Assembly (NCBI GenBank): GCA_001777655.1
Contig: MFER01000013.1
Span: forward strand, 2,619-66,618
Length of the DNA: 64,000 bases
Source: Candidatus Doudnabacteria bacterium RIFCSPHIGHO2_02_FULL_43_13b
GTDB taxonomy: Bacteria; Patescibacteriota; Doudnabacteria; UBA920; O2-02-FULL-48-8
Direction: 5' to 3'
Position numbers and translations under genes: made by a program. Shown piece by piece: positions 49,296-60,626 of this stretch. Position 1 is the stretch's first letter; every line of letters starts with the position of its first letter. The notes beneath the pieces were generated by a model. That model was not told where the DNA came from. It saw nothing but the letters and a program-made list of their open reading frames with translations, and did no database searches.

Positions 49296-49474
49296 TCAAA
49301 GTTCTACGACTATTTTAGCAAAAAAATCGCGCTTTGTCAACTTTTGGATTTAAACAAGACGAAAATAATAAAAACCTCAGCAATTCTTGAGGTTTTTATT
49401 TGGCATTGGTCCCCACTTCCGCAGGAATGGACGCTGACGCGTCCACTTATTCACACCTTTAGAGCACAATTTGC

Positions 49475-50506
49475 CTACTCCGCTTCGGAAAGTGCCAAGT
49501 CTGAATCTTTGGCCTTCTTCCGCACCGTTGTTTCGATCTCGGTCACCGTTTTCGGGTTATCTTTCAAGAAATTTTTGGCATTTTCACGGCCCACCCCAAG
49601 TTTCATCTCCCCAAAACTGTAAGTATTGCCGGTTTTAGTCACCACATTATGAATCGTGGCCGTATCAAGAAGATCCCCCAGGAAAGAAATACCGCCTTCG
49701 CCAAACATAATGTCGAATTCCGTGGATTTGAAAGGCGCGGCGACTTTATTTTTCACAATTTTCGCTTTCACCCGGTTACCGACAATATTTTCGCCTTGTT
49801 TGATCTGAGCAAGCCGGCGAACTTCGATTCGAACCGAGGAATAAAATTTCAACGCCTGCCCGCCAGTCGTAGTTTCGGGATTGCCAAACATCACGCCGAT
49901 CTTCATGCGAATCTGATTGATAAAAATCACAGTGCTTTTCGACTTTGAAATAATCGCGGTTAATTTTCTTAAAGCCTGACTCATGAGTCTCGCGTGAAGT
50001 CCCATGTGTGAGTCGCCCATTTCTCCTTCAATCTCCGCGCGCGGTGTGAGAGCGGCGACAGAATCTACCACAATAATGTCGACACTGTTGGAACGAACCA
50101 ATGCTTCCACGATATCGAGCGCTTGCTCGCCGTTGTCTGGTTGTGAAATTAGAAGTTTGTCAATTTTCACGCCCACGGCTTTGGCGCGTTCTGGATCAAG
50201 CGCGTGCTCGGCATCGACAAACGCGGCCACCCCGCCTTCTTTCTGAACTTCAGCCACGATGTGTTCAGCTAAGGTAGTCTTGCCAGATCCTTCTGGTCCA
50301 TAAATTTCAATAACCCTGCCTTTCGGGATTCCGCCCACACCGAGTGCTAAATCCAGAGAAAGACAACCCGTTGAGACAACTTCAACGTTCATGGCTTTGT
50401 TTTTTTGCAAAGTCATAATTGAGCCTTCACCAAACTTATCTCGAATCCCCGCGAGTGCTTCTTCTAAATTACTACTGTCAGCGATTTTGTTTGAACCCTT
50501 AGCCAT
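49475..50506 (-). CDS. recA: recombinase A
   Basis: [11 protein letters not shown] Walker A, full-length RecA core. Confidence 0.95.
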   Translation of the reverse strand: MAKGSNKIADSSNLEEALAGIRDKFGEGSIMTLQKNKAMNVEVVSTGCLSLDLALGVGGIPKGRVIEIYGPEGSGKTTLAEHIVAEVQKEGGVAAFVDAEHALDPERAKAVGVKIDKLLISQPDNGEQALDIVEALVRSNSVDIIVVDSVAALTPRAEIEGEMGDSHMGLHARLMSQALRKLTAIISKSKSTVIFINQIRMKIGVMFGNPETTTGGQALKFYSSVRIEVRRLAQIKQGENIVGNRVKAKIVKNKVAAPFKSTEFDIMFGEGGISFLGDLLDTATIHNVVTKTGNTYSFGEMKLGVGRENAKNFLKDNPKTVTEIETTVRKKAKDSDLALSEAE

Positions 50507-50534
50507 ACGTTCCCTTTCTTAAATAATTATAAAC

Positions 50535-51485
50535 CTATTGCGATCGAAATTCAACGTTGCGGATCACTTCGCCTTCCCGGCCCAACTTCCCTAAATCTTT
50601 TCCATTATATACCACCACGGTTGAACCAGCATTAGCTGAGGTCAGCAGGATATCGATTTTCGCCGTCACGGTTCTACTAGAACCGGCCAACATGGTACCG
50701 CGCTGAACTACCACTCCATCAGCTTCCAGATAAACCCAGGCGCTGCCGGGACCAATATTAATTGTGATATTAACCGAACTGGGTGGAGTAGTTGGAACGG
50801 TCTGGGTTTGGCTATTTATCTGTCGGGTGATTTTACTGATTTTGCCAAACTTATTTTGACTGGAAATTTCCACAATATTTAAGCCCGGGCTTAACAGCAA
50901 ATTTTCGCTAAATTGGCCTGAGGAATCAGCTAAAACCTGTTGATTATTGATAAAAACATCTGCTCCAATTTCTGTTTTACCAGAAACCACGAGACTATTA
51001 CCATCAATAGTCAAATCAGAGCCCGGTTCAACAATTTCTAAAAAAGGAGGGGCAAGTACCGAACGGACTTGGTTGCCCACATACAATAAAGCAACCAGCC
51101 CTATGAGCAAACTGGATCCAATAATTAAAGTTTTGGGTGTTAAGACTGATTCAGTTCGGACTTTAGGTTTATGTTTTTGGGTGATGGGTTCAATTCCTCG
51201 TTCTTTTTCATATTGGTCAATTAAGATCTGTTCTTTAATTCGATAAAGTTGCGACAGACTTTTTAAAAAACCTCGAATATAAACTTCAGCCGGAAGCTTC
51301 GAATAATTTCCTGCTTCTAAATCCTCCAAGTAACTAAGTTTAATTTGGGACAGCAAACTGACAGTCTTTAGATCAAGATTTAATTGTTTTCGAACCAAAA
51401 CAAGATATTCCCCTAAAGTATCGATCTTAACGGTTTTGGTTTGAAATAAAGCGGCTTCGGCCATATTGTATAGATCCTGAATCAA
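50535..51485 (-). CDS. RodZ-like cytoskeleton protein (XRE-type HTH, TM, C-terminal DUF4115-like domain)
   Basis: LGEYLVLVRKQLNLDLKTVS...IKLSYLEDLEAGN N-terminal HTH typical of RodZ; single TM. Confidence 0.55.
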   Translation of the reverse strand: MIQDLYNMAEAALFQTKTVKIDTLGEYLVLVRKQLNLDLKTVSLLSQIKLSYLEDLEAGNYSKLPAEVYIRGFLKSLSQLYRIKEQILIDQYEKERGIEPITQKHKPKVRTESVLTPKTLIIGSSLLIGLVALLYVGNQVRSVLAPPFLEIVEPGSDLTIDGNSLVVSGKTEIGADVFINNQQVLADSSGQFSENLLLSPGLNIVEISSQNKFGKISKITRQINSQTQTVPTTPPSSVNITINIGPGSAWVYLEADGVVVQRGTMLAGSSRTVTAKIDILLTSANAGSTVVVYNGKDLGKLGREGEVIRNVEFRSQ

Positions 51486-51506
51486 GTTCAGGGTGACGCT
51501 ATCGCG

Positions 51507-52508
51507 TCATTTTTTATTGATCAAATTAACAATTAGTTTAATCATGATGTCTTTTTGCGCCGGCTTGGATTCCGCCACTAACAAAGTAATGGCAGTGAGC
51601 GCCGTGTCATTAATCTTACGTTCGCCTTTTTTATTAACTAAATAATTATTCTGTACTAAAAACAAAATAAATAACAAAGCGCCAATGCGTTTGTTGCCAT
51701 CAATGAATGGATGATTTTTCACTGCAAAGTATAAGAGATGCGCTGCTTTCTCATCCAATGTTGGATAGACATCTTTCCCGCCGAAAGTTTGTCGAAGGTT
51801 TCCAAGCAGTGACAATAATTTTTCAGAAACTTCCTGACCGAACAAATCACTAACTTCTTTTTCTTTCATCAATCTGGTGCGGAAACGCTCAATCGCCTTT
51901 TTCACTTCCGTATGATCGAGGTGCTTGATTTCTTTTTTCTTTGCGCCCTCGAGCACCAACGTTCCGGAATCAAAATTATACAAAGTTAGCCAGGTATTAG
52001 TGTAGTCGGTAATAATCTTCAACAAATCTTTTTCATATCCTTCGAGTCTGTGCACTTCCAAGGCTTGCTGCATGAGACTAATAGCTCCTTGCAATTCTTT
52101 AAACTTCAATTCTTCGTTTTCCTTAAGCCGCTTGTCGTTGATCAAGTAACCCTTGAGAATATAGTCCCGCAGATGCTTGGTCGCCCAAATACGAAACTGG
52201 GTCGCACGTTTAGAATTAACTCTATAACCGATAGAAATAATAGCATCCAGGTTATAGTATTGGACTTTATATGTTTTTCCGTCTGCAGCAGTATGTTCCA
52301 AAATGGAACTAACTGAATTTTGGCTAACCTCAGCACTTTTAAAGATATTATTTAAATGTTTTGTTATAGCTGGCCTTTGGGTACCAAATAGTTCAGCTAT
52401 TTGGTCTTGGTTCAGCCACACTGACTCATCCTTAACAATAACCCTAAGTTCTGGGCCTTCTTCAGCTTTATAGAGTATTATTTCCCCTTTATTTTCAGTG
52501 TTTTCCAT
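51507..52508 (-). CDS. RhuM-family protein with C-terminal Fic/Doc domain
   Basis: RhuM-like N-terminus (VWLNQDQIAELFG), C-terminal HPFIDGNKRIGAL Fic/Doc motif. Confidence 0.65.
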   Translation of the reverse strand: MENTENKGEIILYKAEEGPELRVIVKDESVWLNQDQIAELFGTQRPAITKHLNNIFKSAEVSQNSVSSILEHTAADGKTYKVQYYNLDAIISIGYRVNSKRATQFRIWATKHLRDYILKGYLINDKRLKENEELKFKELQGAISLMQQALEVHRLEGYEKDLLKIITDYTNTWLTLYNFDSGTLVLEGAKKKEIKHLDHTEVKKAIERFRTRLMKEKEVSDLFGQEVSEKLLSLLGNLRQTFGGKDVYPTLDEKAAHLLYFAVKNHPFIDGNKRIGALLFILFLVQNNYLVNKKGERKINDTALTAITLLVAESKPAQKDIMIKLIVNLINKK

Positions 52509-52892
52509 AATATTATAATCCTAATGACCCGAATGGATTATATCAAATCTGTGAATTTATTGAGAAAAATAGAAAAGCGGCTTTTTCAGTCCGTTAGAAG
52601 TAAGTCACCCTCGGGTGACTGCCGACACGATATCGTGTCGGACTTCTAACGGACTATAGCCGCCTTCTGTCCGCCGAAGCTTTATGCGTAGGCGGATCGA
52701 ATAAATAAAGTCTAAACCGAAGCTAAAAAGTTGTCAACCCAGTATATCAACTTCGATAATGGTTTTTGTTTTGCTTTTGCCTAAAGACTAAATTTATTTA
52801 ATCTCTTTAACCGATAATATATAGTTTAATTTTAAATAATCAAAAACCATTAAAGGCAAAAGCATCGAAGTTGTATTACTCGGTCAACTTAT

Positions 52893-55091
52893 CTATTCAT
52901 CCTCATAACGTCCCTTTTGCGATTTCTCGAATTCGGCCGCTTCATCTGATTCATCAGATTTTTCTGATACTCCATAAACTTCCCGCGGCTTGGCTCCTTC
53001 GCCTGGACCGATTACTCCTTGTTCTTCCAACATATCAAGCAACCGGGCAGCACGAGCATAACCAACTCTTAACCGTCGCTGCAAGAGAGAAGCCGAGGCT
53101 TTCTTAGCAGCGCGCACAACCTCCATCGCTTCCGAAAGCAACTCGTCATCATCATCGTTTGAATTGTCAAATCCAGGAATTAAAACGTCACGTTGTGGTT
53201 TTTGGGTTATCTGCTCGTCATAACTAATGCTGCCGGATTCGTCTTTAATAAATCCAACCACTTTTTTGATTTCTTTCTCACTAACAAACGAGCCTTGGAT
53301 GCGTTTCGGTTTTGACAGTTCTGCTGTTATGTATAACATATCTCCGGAACCTAATAACTTTTCGGCCCCAGCGATGTCCAAAATAGTTCGCGAATCAACT
53401 TGGCTGGCCACGGCAAAGGCCATTCGAGCCGTAATATTGGCTTTAATAAGTCCAGTAATCACGTCGACTGACGGTCGTTGAGTCGCCACCACCAAATGAA
53501 TACCCACCGCTCTAGCCATCTGAGCCAACCGAACAATTGCAGCTTCCACATCATTTTGAGCGACGCTCATCAAATCGGCCAACTCATCAACCACGACTAG
53601 AATGTAGGGCAAATGAATTAATGTCGAATTATTGTATTCCGAAATGTTTCGTTTATGAACTTCAGATAATAATTTGTAGCGCCGGTCCATTTCAGCCACT
53701 GTCCATTTGAGAGCATTGACGGCTTTTTGATGATCGATAATTACTGGAGTTAATAAGTGCGGCAGATTATTATACAAATTTAACTCAACCCGTTTTGGAT
53801 CAATGATGATAAATTTTAATTCTTGGGGAGTGGTCCGATACAAAAAACTCATAAGGATGGAGTTAATTGCTACTGATTTACCGGTGCCGGTAGCGCCGGC
53901 AATCAGCAAGTGCGGCATTCTAGCCAAATCAGCCACCATGGGATGTCCGGCCACGTCACGACCCAGGGCGAAAGCAAGCTTGGAAGAATTTTCAACAAAG
54001 ATTGGATGACCAATAATTTCTTTAATATGAACAGACGCCTTAGAAACATTCGGAATCTCAATTCCCACCAAGGCTTTCCCTGGAATCGGCAACTCCATTC
54101 GCAAAGAGCTGGCAGCCAGCGCTAATGCTAAATCATTTTGTAGGCTGGCAATTTGAGAAAGTTTGACTCCCACCGCGGGTCGAAAAGTATACTGCGTCAC
54201 TGTTGGACCGACGTTCACTTCTCCCATCTCAACCTCAATGCCAAAATCATTCAGAGTCTTTTGAATGATGGCAACATTGACCTCAATATTACCTGAATCA
54301 ACTTTGGTCTTAACGTCTTCCAAAAGCTCAAGGGGTGGAAATTTCCAATTTTTATCAATCGGTCCGGCAAGTTTAATCTTTTTCCCCACTTTTAATTCAT
54401 CCAGTCCGTTAACAGTCACTTCTCCTCTATCTTTCATGGCGCGATTTACCTCACCCACAGCTTCTTTGGTAAAACCAGCGTTCACCGCATTATTGATCTT
54501 TAACTGCCCATTAGTTTTAATCGCCGTTTGCCCAATTGACTCACTTTTTCTAAACAACCCAAAAAATGAAATATTAAAGGTAACCAGCACGGAAATAATA
54601 ATGCCAGCTAATAATACAATCAAACTGGCCAAAAAACCCATCAACTGAATAAGTGGATAGCTGGTTATTACCCCCAAATATCCACCACCCGAGCCTTCTT
54701 TTACTACCTCAAAAGCAGCCGCTGTGTCGCTGCGAATAACCAAAAGGTGCAAAAAGCCGGTCAAAGTTAAGGTTAACAACACTGCCCCGACATACGCATG
54801 GGTTGAAACCGAAGATGGTTCCGCTTCTGGGTTTTTCTGAATCAAGGCCGCTGCAACAATTAAAAAAATCACTGGAACTAAATAAGCCACCCAGCCGAAG
54901 GCCAGTTTTAGTACTTGATTCGCAACGTTGCCAAATGGCCCGGCCAACCCAATCAAGCTTAAACTAAACAACAGAGCTAAAAGCACAAATAATACAATCG
55001 CAACACCTTTGCGGGTGTCTTGTTTTAAATTTAACTGCGGTCGCTTAAACGGAACAAAGTCCGATGGATCTTGGTGTTTTTTTCTGGCCAT
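52893..55091 (-). CDS. ftsK: DNA translocase FtsK/SpoIIIE
   Basis: N-terminal TM helices, GATGTGKS Walker A, C-terminal gamma wHTH. Confidence 0.9.
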   Translation of the reverse strand: MARKKHQDPSDFVPFKRPQLNLKQDTRKGVAIVLFVLLALLFSLSLIGLAGPFGNVANQVLKLAFGWVAYLVPVIFLIVAAALIQKNPEAEPSSVSTHAYVGAVLLTLTLTGFLHLLVIRSDTAAAFEVVKEGSGGGYLGVITSYPLIQLMGFLASLIVLLAGIIISVLVTFNISFFGLFRKSESIGQTAIKTNGQLKINNAVNAGFTKEAVGEVNRAMKDRGEVTVNGLDELKVGKKIKLAGPIDKNWKFPPLELLEDVKTKVDSGNIEVNVAIIQKTLNDFGIEVEMGEVNVGPTVTQYTFRPAVGVKLSQIASLQNDLALALAASSLRMELPIPGKALVGIEIPNVSKASVHIKEIIGHPIFVENSSKLAFALGRDVAGHPMVADLARMPHLLIAGATGTGKSVAINSILMSFLYRTTPQELKFIIIDPKRVELNLYNNLPHLLTPVIIDHQKAVNALKWTVAEMDRRYKLLSEVHKRNISEYNNSTLIHLPYILVVVDELADLMSVAQNDVEAAIVRLAQMARAVGIHLVVATQRPSVDVITGLIKANITARMAFAVASQVDSRTILDIAGAEKLLGSGDMLYITAELSKPKRIQGSFVSEKEIKKVVGFIKDESGSISYDEQITQKPQRDVLIPGFDNSNDDDDELLSEAMEVVRAAKKASASLLQRRLRVGYARAARLLDMLEEQGVIGPGEGAKPREVYGVSEKSDESDEAAEFEKSQKGRYEDE

Positions 55092-55227
55092 ACCAGGTAG
55101 TAGAAATTTGATTAATGCGTAAAATTAGGCCAGGGTTTCTTTAACTAATTTCGCTCAGCGAAATTAGTTATCAAATTTTCACCACCTGGCATAAATGTTA
55201 AAATCGCTGATTAATTTTAACACAATG

Positions 55228-56178
55228 CTAACTGATCCGCCAAGCATTTCCCTCCCGTCGCAGCTTCCCTTTGATTTTAAATCCGGAGGCCAATTTATGC
55301 CCGCCGCCGCCGAAAGATTTGGCGATTTTTGAAACATCAACTTTTTTATGCGGCTCGGAACGTAAACTACCTTTAACTGTATCACCATCCTGGCGCAACA
55401 AGAGCGAAAACCGAGCCTGGGGCATATTATTTAAAAGTTCTACAAACCCGTCTAAATCTTCATCCGACGCTCCGATTTCTTTTAAGTCCTCTTCCGTCAA
55501 AACCGAAAACACCATTCTTTTTTCCGGATCAAACCGGGCATTTTCCAAACCCCGAGACCACGCCTTGATCGCCGATGGTCTTTTTCGTCCCATAGTTTGC
55601 AGCGCGATTTTATCGATCCTTGCCCCTTTTTTTAAAAGCTCGGCGGCAACCTCCAACGCTTCCGCGGAAGTATTCGCATGTTTAAAGCCGCCAGTATCGG
55701 TAAAAATTCCGGTTAGCAAATTAGTAGCGATTTCTTTATTAATCTGGGCTTGGGTGAATAATAAAAAATAATAAATTAATTCAGCAACCGCGGATGTTGT
55801 CGGGTCAACAACGTTTACCGCGCCAAAATTAGTATTGTCAGGATGATGGTCAAAATTAATTATAAAACCTTGAAAGGAAAGCAACTGGGGAAACCCAGGC
55901 CTGTCGAGTTTATTACAGCCAAAAGTAATCACCAAATCAATATAATCACTAGGGAATTCCTCTTCCACTTCGTCGCTTCCCGGTAAAAATACCAGATTCT
56001 TTGGAATTCCCCCTTTCACTGCCGCAAAAACCTCTTTATTAATTTGTTCCAAATAATTTTTCAAAGCCAGCAGACTACCCAAATCATCTCCATCGGTGCC
56101 TTCGTGGGTGGTTAGAAAAATTTTATGCGACTGCTTGATCAAATCCAGGGCTTTGATAAAATCCTGTTTATTCCTCAT
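55228..56178 (-). CDS. nrnA: DHH-family oligoribonuclease / pAp phosphatase NrnA
   Basis: HEGTDGDDLGS DHH motif, DHHA1 GGGH; follows rbfA as usual. Confidence 0.7.
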   Translation of the reverse strand: MRNKQDFIKALDLIKQSHKIFLTTHEGTDGDDLGSLLALKNYLEQINKEVFAAVKGGIPKNLVFLPGSDEVEEEFPSDYIDLVITFGCNKLDRPGFPQLLSFQGFIINFDHHPDNTNFGAVNVVDPTTSAVAELIYYFLLFTQAQINKEIATNLLTGIFTDTGGFKHANTSAEALEVAAELLKKGARIDKIALQTMGRKRPSAIKAWSRGLENARFDPEKRMVFSVLTEEDLKEIGASDEDLDGFVELLNNMPQARFSLLLRQDGDTVKGSLRSEPHKKVDVSKIAKSFGGGGHKLASGFKIKGKLRREGNAWRIS

Positions 56179-56500
56179 GGGTTTTACGAATCAATTCATT
56201 AATATGCGAAGCATATTCTTCGGCGTGGTCTAACACGAATGAGACTTTGGGAATAATTTTCATTCTTAGTTGGTGTAAAAGTTCCTCTTGTAAATCAAAT
56301 AAATCGGCTGATATGCGCTTTAAGGTTTCTTGTTGGGCCGCGGGCGGGCCCATGATCGTAACCCAAACCTTGCACCACTTCAAATCAGATGTGACCTCCA
56401 CTTTACTGATAGTAGTTAAAAAAGGAAGTTCCAGTCGCAACAAATATTCTCCAATAACTTTATGCATCAACGCTGAAACCTTTTTAGTTCTTCTTGTCAT
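56168..56500 (-). CDS. rbfA: ribosome-binding factor A
   Basis: 110 aa, KH-like RbfA pattern, immediately downstream of infB. Confidence 0.8.
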   Translation of the reverse strand: MTRRTKKVSALMHKVIGEYLLRLELPFLTTISKVEVTSDLKWCKVWVTIMGPPAAQQETLKRISADLFDLQEELLHQLRMKIIPKVSFVLDHAEEYASHINELIRKTHEE

Positions 56501-56505
56501 AAGTA

Positions 56506-58425
56506 TTACAAGGTTCTTTTTCTCACCGTTTCTTCAAATATGACTAGGATATCACCCTCTAAAATTTTATTTGATGTTTTTACGCTGCAACCAAATTCCG
56601 AACCTTTGAGTACTTCGTTCGTTTTAATTTTACTTTGCTGCAGTTCCAAAACCAAACCCTTGCCGACAATTTGATCATTTCTTTTAATCTCAAATTCTAC
56701 ACCGTCTTTAATTTTTCCTTCCGCAACGTTACCTCCAATAATCATCTTGTCTTTTTCAGTTCGAAAAATCGCCAAAATTTTAGCCCGACCGAGCTCGGTA
56801 CGAAGAACCTCCGGAGTTAGCATTTCGACGACTTCCAAGGTTAAATCCTCCACTAATTCGTAAATGATATCATAAAGCTGAACAGTCACCGCCTTGCTTT
56901 GGGCTAATTTGGCAGCTTGCACTGACATGCGGGTATGAAAACCAATGACGATTCCATCCGCTGCCGCGGCTCTCAATATGTCATTTTCGTTAATTTCCCC
57001 CACCCCTTCGCTCAAGATATTAATCTTCACTTCTGAATTTTTCAGTTTGGCCAAGGCTTCATTGATGGCTTCTAAGCTTCCCTGGACATCAACTTTGATA
57101 ATTAGATTTAAATCTTTGCCCAAAATATTCAACTGTTTTTTGCCACTAAATTTCTTCGCGCGTTCGGCCCTAACCAAAGCAGTCGCATGAACTTTGGCCT
57201 CATCTAAGGTGGCGTAAGTTTTTAAGATATCGCCAACGTTGGGCACGTCCGACAGCCCGGTAATAGCAACAGCTGCGCCTGGACCTGCAGTTTTTACTTT
57301 CAGCCCTGGCCCGTTGGTTAATGAACGAATTTTTCCGAAAGCCTTGCCAACGGCCACGATGTCTACCAAATTTAAAGTCCCGTTTTGAATCAGCACAGTT
57401 GCGGTTGATCCAATCGTTCTTGACATATGAGATTCGATTACCGTTCCCAGAGTCGATCCTTGCGGGTTGGCTTTCAGATCCAATACCTCAGATTGGAGTA
57501 AAATTAAATCCAAAAGTTCATTCACTCCTTCGCCAGTCAGGGCCGAAATTTTAGCCACCGGCACGCTGCCACCCCATTCTTCAATCAGCACTCCATAGTC
57601 TGACAGTTCTTTTTTGACTCGTTCAATATTCGAATCAGGTTTATCAACCTTATTAATCGCGACAATCAATGGCGTACCCGTAAGCTTGGCTCGATTAATC
57701 ACTTCGATGGTTTGGGGTTTCACTCCGTCATCAGCCGCCACCACCAAGACGATAATATCAGTGACATTCGCGCCACGCGCTCGCATCGCGGAAAAAGCCT
57801 CGTGTCCCGGCGTATCGAGGAAGGTAATCAATTTCCCATTGCGATTAACCTGGTAAGCTCCCACGTGTTGAGTAATTCTCCCGGCCTCCGTGTCTACCAC
57901 TTTGGTTTTTCGAATAGTATCCAACAGGGTAGTTTTGCCATGATCGACATGACCCATCACGGCTACGATTGGCGGACGAGGAACAAACTGATCTGCTTTT
58001 TCTGACAATTCTTTCTTTATCTCTTCCACTACGTAACCTAAGCCCAACCGGGCGGTTGGAGCAACTTTTTCTGAAACGGTAAAACCTAAATCAGCGGCCA
58101 CGATAGCCGCTGTATCATAATCAATCTCCTCATTAATTGAGGCCATAACCCCGCTTTGAATCAATTTTTTAATAACCACTGAAATCTCTAAATTTAAAAT
58201 CTGGGCCAATTCTTTGACTGACATGACTTTCGGCAAAACCACTTCTTTTGGTTCTGTGCTTGGTTTGATTTCCACCCGCTGGTTGAGCGCGTTTAAAATC
58301 TGTTTGGCCAAAAGGTTATCGATCTTGTTGGCTTTAGGCGATACATGGAAACCCGCTTCGCGGATTTTGTAACGAAGCTGGGTGACTGGCATATTCAGTT
58401 GTTTTGAGAGTGTCGATATATCCAT
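56506..58425 (-). CDS. infB: translation initiation factor IF-2
   Basis: [13 protein letters not shown]1, DTPGHEAF G3, NKVD G4. Confidence 0.9.
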   Translation of the reverse strand: MDISTLSKQLNMPVTQLRYKIREAGFHVSPKANKIDNLLAKQILNALNQRVEIKPSTEPKEVVLPKVMSVKELAQILNLEISVVIKKLIQSGVMASINEEIDYDTAAIVAADLGFTVSEKVAPTARLGLGYVVEEIKKELSEKADQFVPRPPIVAVMGHVDHGKTTLLDTIRKTKVVDTEAGRITQHVGAYQVNRNGKLITFLDTPGHEAFSAMRARGANVTDIIVLVVAADDGVKPQTIEVINRAKLTGTPLIVAINKVDKPDSNIERVKKELSDYGVLIEEWGGSVPVAKISALTGEGVNELLDLILLQSEVLDLKANPQGSTLGTVIESHMSRTIGSTATVLIQNGTLNLVDIVAVGKAFGKIRSLTNGPGLKVKTAGPGAAVAITGLSDVPNVGDILKTYATLDEAKVHATALVRAERAKKFSGKKQLNILGKDLNLIIKVDVQGSLEAINEALAKLKNSEVKINILSEGVGEINENDILRAAAADGIVIGFHTRMSVQAAKLAQSKAVTVQLYDIIYELVEDLTLEVVEMLTPEVLRTELGRAKILAIFRTEKDKMIIGGNVAEGKIKDGVEFEIKRNDQIVGKGLVLELQQSKIKTNEVLKGSEFGCSVKTSNKILEGDILVIFEETVRKRTL

Positions 58426-58461
58426 GGAATCAAACTATTATGGCAAAAAACTTAATAAAGA

Positions 58462-59235
58462 TCAAGCCTTTTTCTTTTTATCTTCTTCTGATTGTTCCCA
58501 CATATACCAAAACCAAGTGCGATAACTTTCGGCAAGATCCTTGCTATGTAAAATAAAAAATACAGTATTTTCATTAATTCGACCAATCACACCTAACCCA
58601 GTATAAGTAATCACATAATCACCAAAGATCCCAACCCCGGAAGAAGTTGAATATTTCTTAGGCAGAAAACGATATTTTAAATCGCCTGGAAAATAATGAG
58701 GAAAATCCGGCATTTGCTCTTTTACCTCATAATCAAATAGTTGAATAAATTTGATTTTCTTTCGATTGGCTTCGCGGAAAAAAACGTCCCGGGCCGTTTT
58801 ATCAAGTCTGGGATCAAACCACCCGCCTTTAGCCCCAATAAAGTAACTATCTTTGCCAACCCGTAAAATATCGCGCCAAACATTTTTTTGGCCTTCTAAC
58901 CCGCGATAAATATAAGCTTCTTCGGTAGCGGTTCCTTTACGAAACTTTTTTTGCAGTTCAGGCAAAATTAATTGTAATTTTTCTTGTTTTTCCGCCACCA
59001 ATTCGGACAGTTTACCAGGATCCACTGCGCTGAATAAATTCCCAGCATTAGAAAAAATCTCGAAACACAAACCTTTTTCAATTAGCCGCTGGATCGAATC
59101 ATAAACATTCCGGCGGTGAACTTTAGCAGCAACCGCAATGTCGCCGATCGTGGATTCCCCGGCGCCGACTAAAGTTTCATAAATTTTGGCTTCGTTTGGA
59201 CTTAAACCCAAAGACTGGAGGGTTTCTTGATACAT
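58462..59235 (-). CDS. TrmB-family transcriptional regulator
   Basis: N-terminal LSPNEAKIYETLVGAGESTIGDIA wHTH of TrmB type. Confidence 0.55.
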   Translation of the reverse strand: MYQETLQSLGLSPNEAKIYETLVGAGESTIGDIAVAAKVHRRNVYDSIQRLIEKGLCFEIFSNAGNLFSAVDPGKLSELVAEKQEKLQLILPELQKKFRKGTATEEAYIYRGLEGQKNVWRDILRVGKDSYFIGAKGGWFDPRLDKTARDVFFREANRKKIKFIQLFDYEVKEQMPDFPHYFPGDLKYRFLPKKYSTSSGVGIFGDYVITYTGLGVIGRINENTVFFILHSKDLAESYRTWFWYMWEQSEEDKKKKA

Positions 59236-59357
59236 AAATTTGTGGTGGCATTTATCACCTTTTGGTGCTATTGGCCACTCAATCTATATAATATATGCTT
59301 CCCGGTTAATAGTCAACACTATTAGCTAGCGGCCAATTCAGGCCCTAATGTTTCCAA

Positions 59358-59960
59358 ATGGAGGAAACTATGAAAAACCTGATTCTCGCCGCTTGCCTGC
59401 TCGTCCTCCTCCCCTCTCTGGCCGCGGGCCAGACGCCGAATGACTACCAGTTCCGGCCCCTCATGCACTGGCAGATTGCGGATGCCAATGGCCAAGGTCT
59501 CGCCGGCTGGGTAATTCTTCCTGATGTGACCCAAACCAGGCCGCTCCGCGGACTTCTCGTTGGCGGTTGGTTAATCAAAGATGATCAAGGCTGGAAGGAA
59601 GCGATGTTCGGCGGCCTGTTTGGCACCGACGGCTCCATCATCCCTGTGGTCAACTTTCGCGCCTACTCGAAAGTCAAATGGACCGACCTCTACACCGAGT
59701 TTCAAATTCGGCCAACTCTCGCTCTAGGAAGCGTGTTTCTCACAGTCCCCATCAAATCCTCTTGGGGACTGCGCGCGGGAGTTGAATTTGAAACCATCGC
59801 CGGCTTTACCGGCCAAATAAAGAGTGCGGCTGGTATCGGCCCTCGAGTGAGTCTCAAACTACCGGGTTTGCCAAACGTAACCGTGGCCACGACTTGCTTC
59901 TTCAATATCCGAAGCAACATCGTGGTGCGAACCTACGTGGTCTACAAGCCCGGGAAGTAG
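59358..59960 (+). CDS. hypothetical secreted beta-strand-rich protein (small beta-barrel-like), GC-rich
   Basis: Signal peptide, alternating hydrophobic pattern in C-terminal strands; GGAGG SD; followed by hairpin terminator 59965-60000. Confidence 0.4.
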   Translation: MEETMKNLILAACLLVLLPSLAAGQTPNDYQFRPLMHWQIADANGQGLAGWVILPDVTQTRPLRGLLVGGWLIKDDQGWKEAMFGGLFGTDGSIIPVVNFRAYSKVKWTDLYTEFQIRPTLALGSVFLTVPIKSSWGLRAGVEFETIAGFTGQIKSAAGIGPRVSLKLPGLPNVTVATTCFFNIRSNIVVRTYVVYKPGK

Positions 59961-60027
59961 AACAAAAAAAGCAGGTCCTGCAATAGGGCCTGCTTTTCTC
60001 GTTTTGAGTTTTGTTTTATTTCTAGGT

Positions 60028-60510
60028 TTAGACGCGGGTGCCAACTTTCACTTTCTTGGCTTTCGCTTTGGCGGCTTTCGGCAAAATCACGGTTAAGATG
60101 CCATCTTTGAGGTCAGCTGAAACTTGTTCAATATCCACATCCACTGGCAAGACGACCGATCGGCTGAAACTGCCCCAATAACATTCTTGATAAAAATAAT
60201 CTTCGCTCGATGCCTCAAAATCCCGCTTGCGCTCGCCGCGGATTGTCACCATATCATTGGCAATCGTCACGTCAATATCCTCAGGACGGACGCCGGCAAT
60301 CGTGGATTTAATAATCACATTATCTTTGGTTTGAAACATGTCGATAGTTAACTGTCCTTCGTATTCCGAAAGCCAGTCCTCAGAAGAAGCCGTAGGGGCT
60401 TGATCTTTTTCTTCAGCCTCGTCGCTAATTGCTCCCAATTCCGCGTCGTCATCTTCGGTTATGGTCTGGGTCCCCATCAATTTGTTTATGAGATTCTTAT
60501 CTTTTGGCAT
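60028..60510 (-). CDS. Hsp20/alpha-crystallin family small heat-shock protein
   Basis: ACD core with GILTVILPK motif. Confidence 0.8.
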   Translation of the reverse strand: MPKDKNLINKLMGTQTITEDDDAELGAISDEAEEKDQAPTASSEDWLSEYEGQLTIDMFQTKDNVIIKSTIAGVRPEDIDVTIANDMVTIRGERKRDFEASSEDYFYQECYWGSFSRSVVLPVDVDIEQVSADLKDGILTVILPKAAKAKAKKVKVGTRV

Positions 60511-60626
60511 ATCGGGTAGTAGAAATTTGATTAAAGCTTAGGTTATGCCGGGTTTTTTAATCTGTTCGCTACGCGAACAGATATCAAATTTTCACTACCC
60601 GACATAGCTTGATATTAGAAAAACTA

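Noticed and set aside
48790-49330. RNase P RNA, tmRNA or SRP RNA in the dksA-recA gap
   Set aside because: No P4 (AGGAAAGUCCGG/ACAGAA), tRNA-like acceptor/T-arm or SRP domain-IV motifs were visible on either strand. Kept only as an unassigned sRNA candidate.
49344-49622. 92-aa plus-strand ORF
   Set aside because: It is antisense to the 3' end of recA and continues from non-coding DNA, with no SD.
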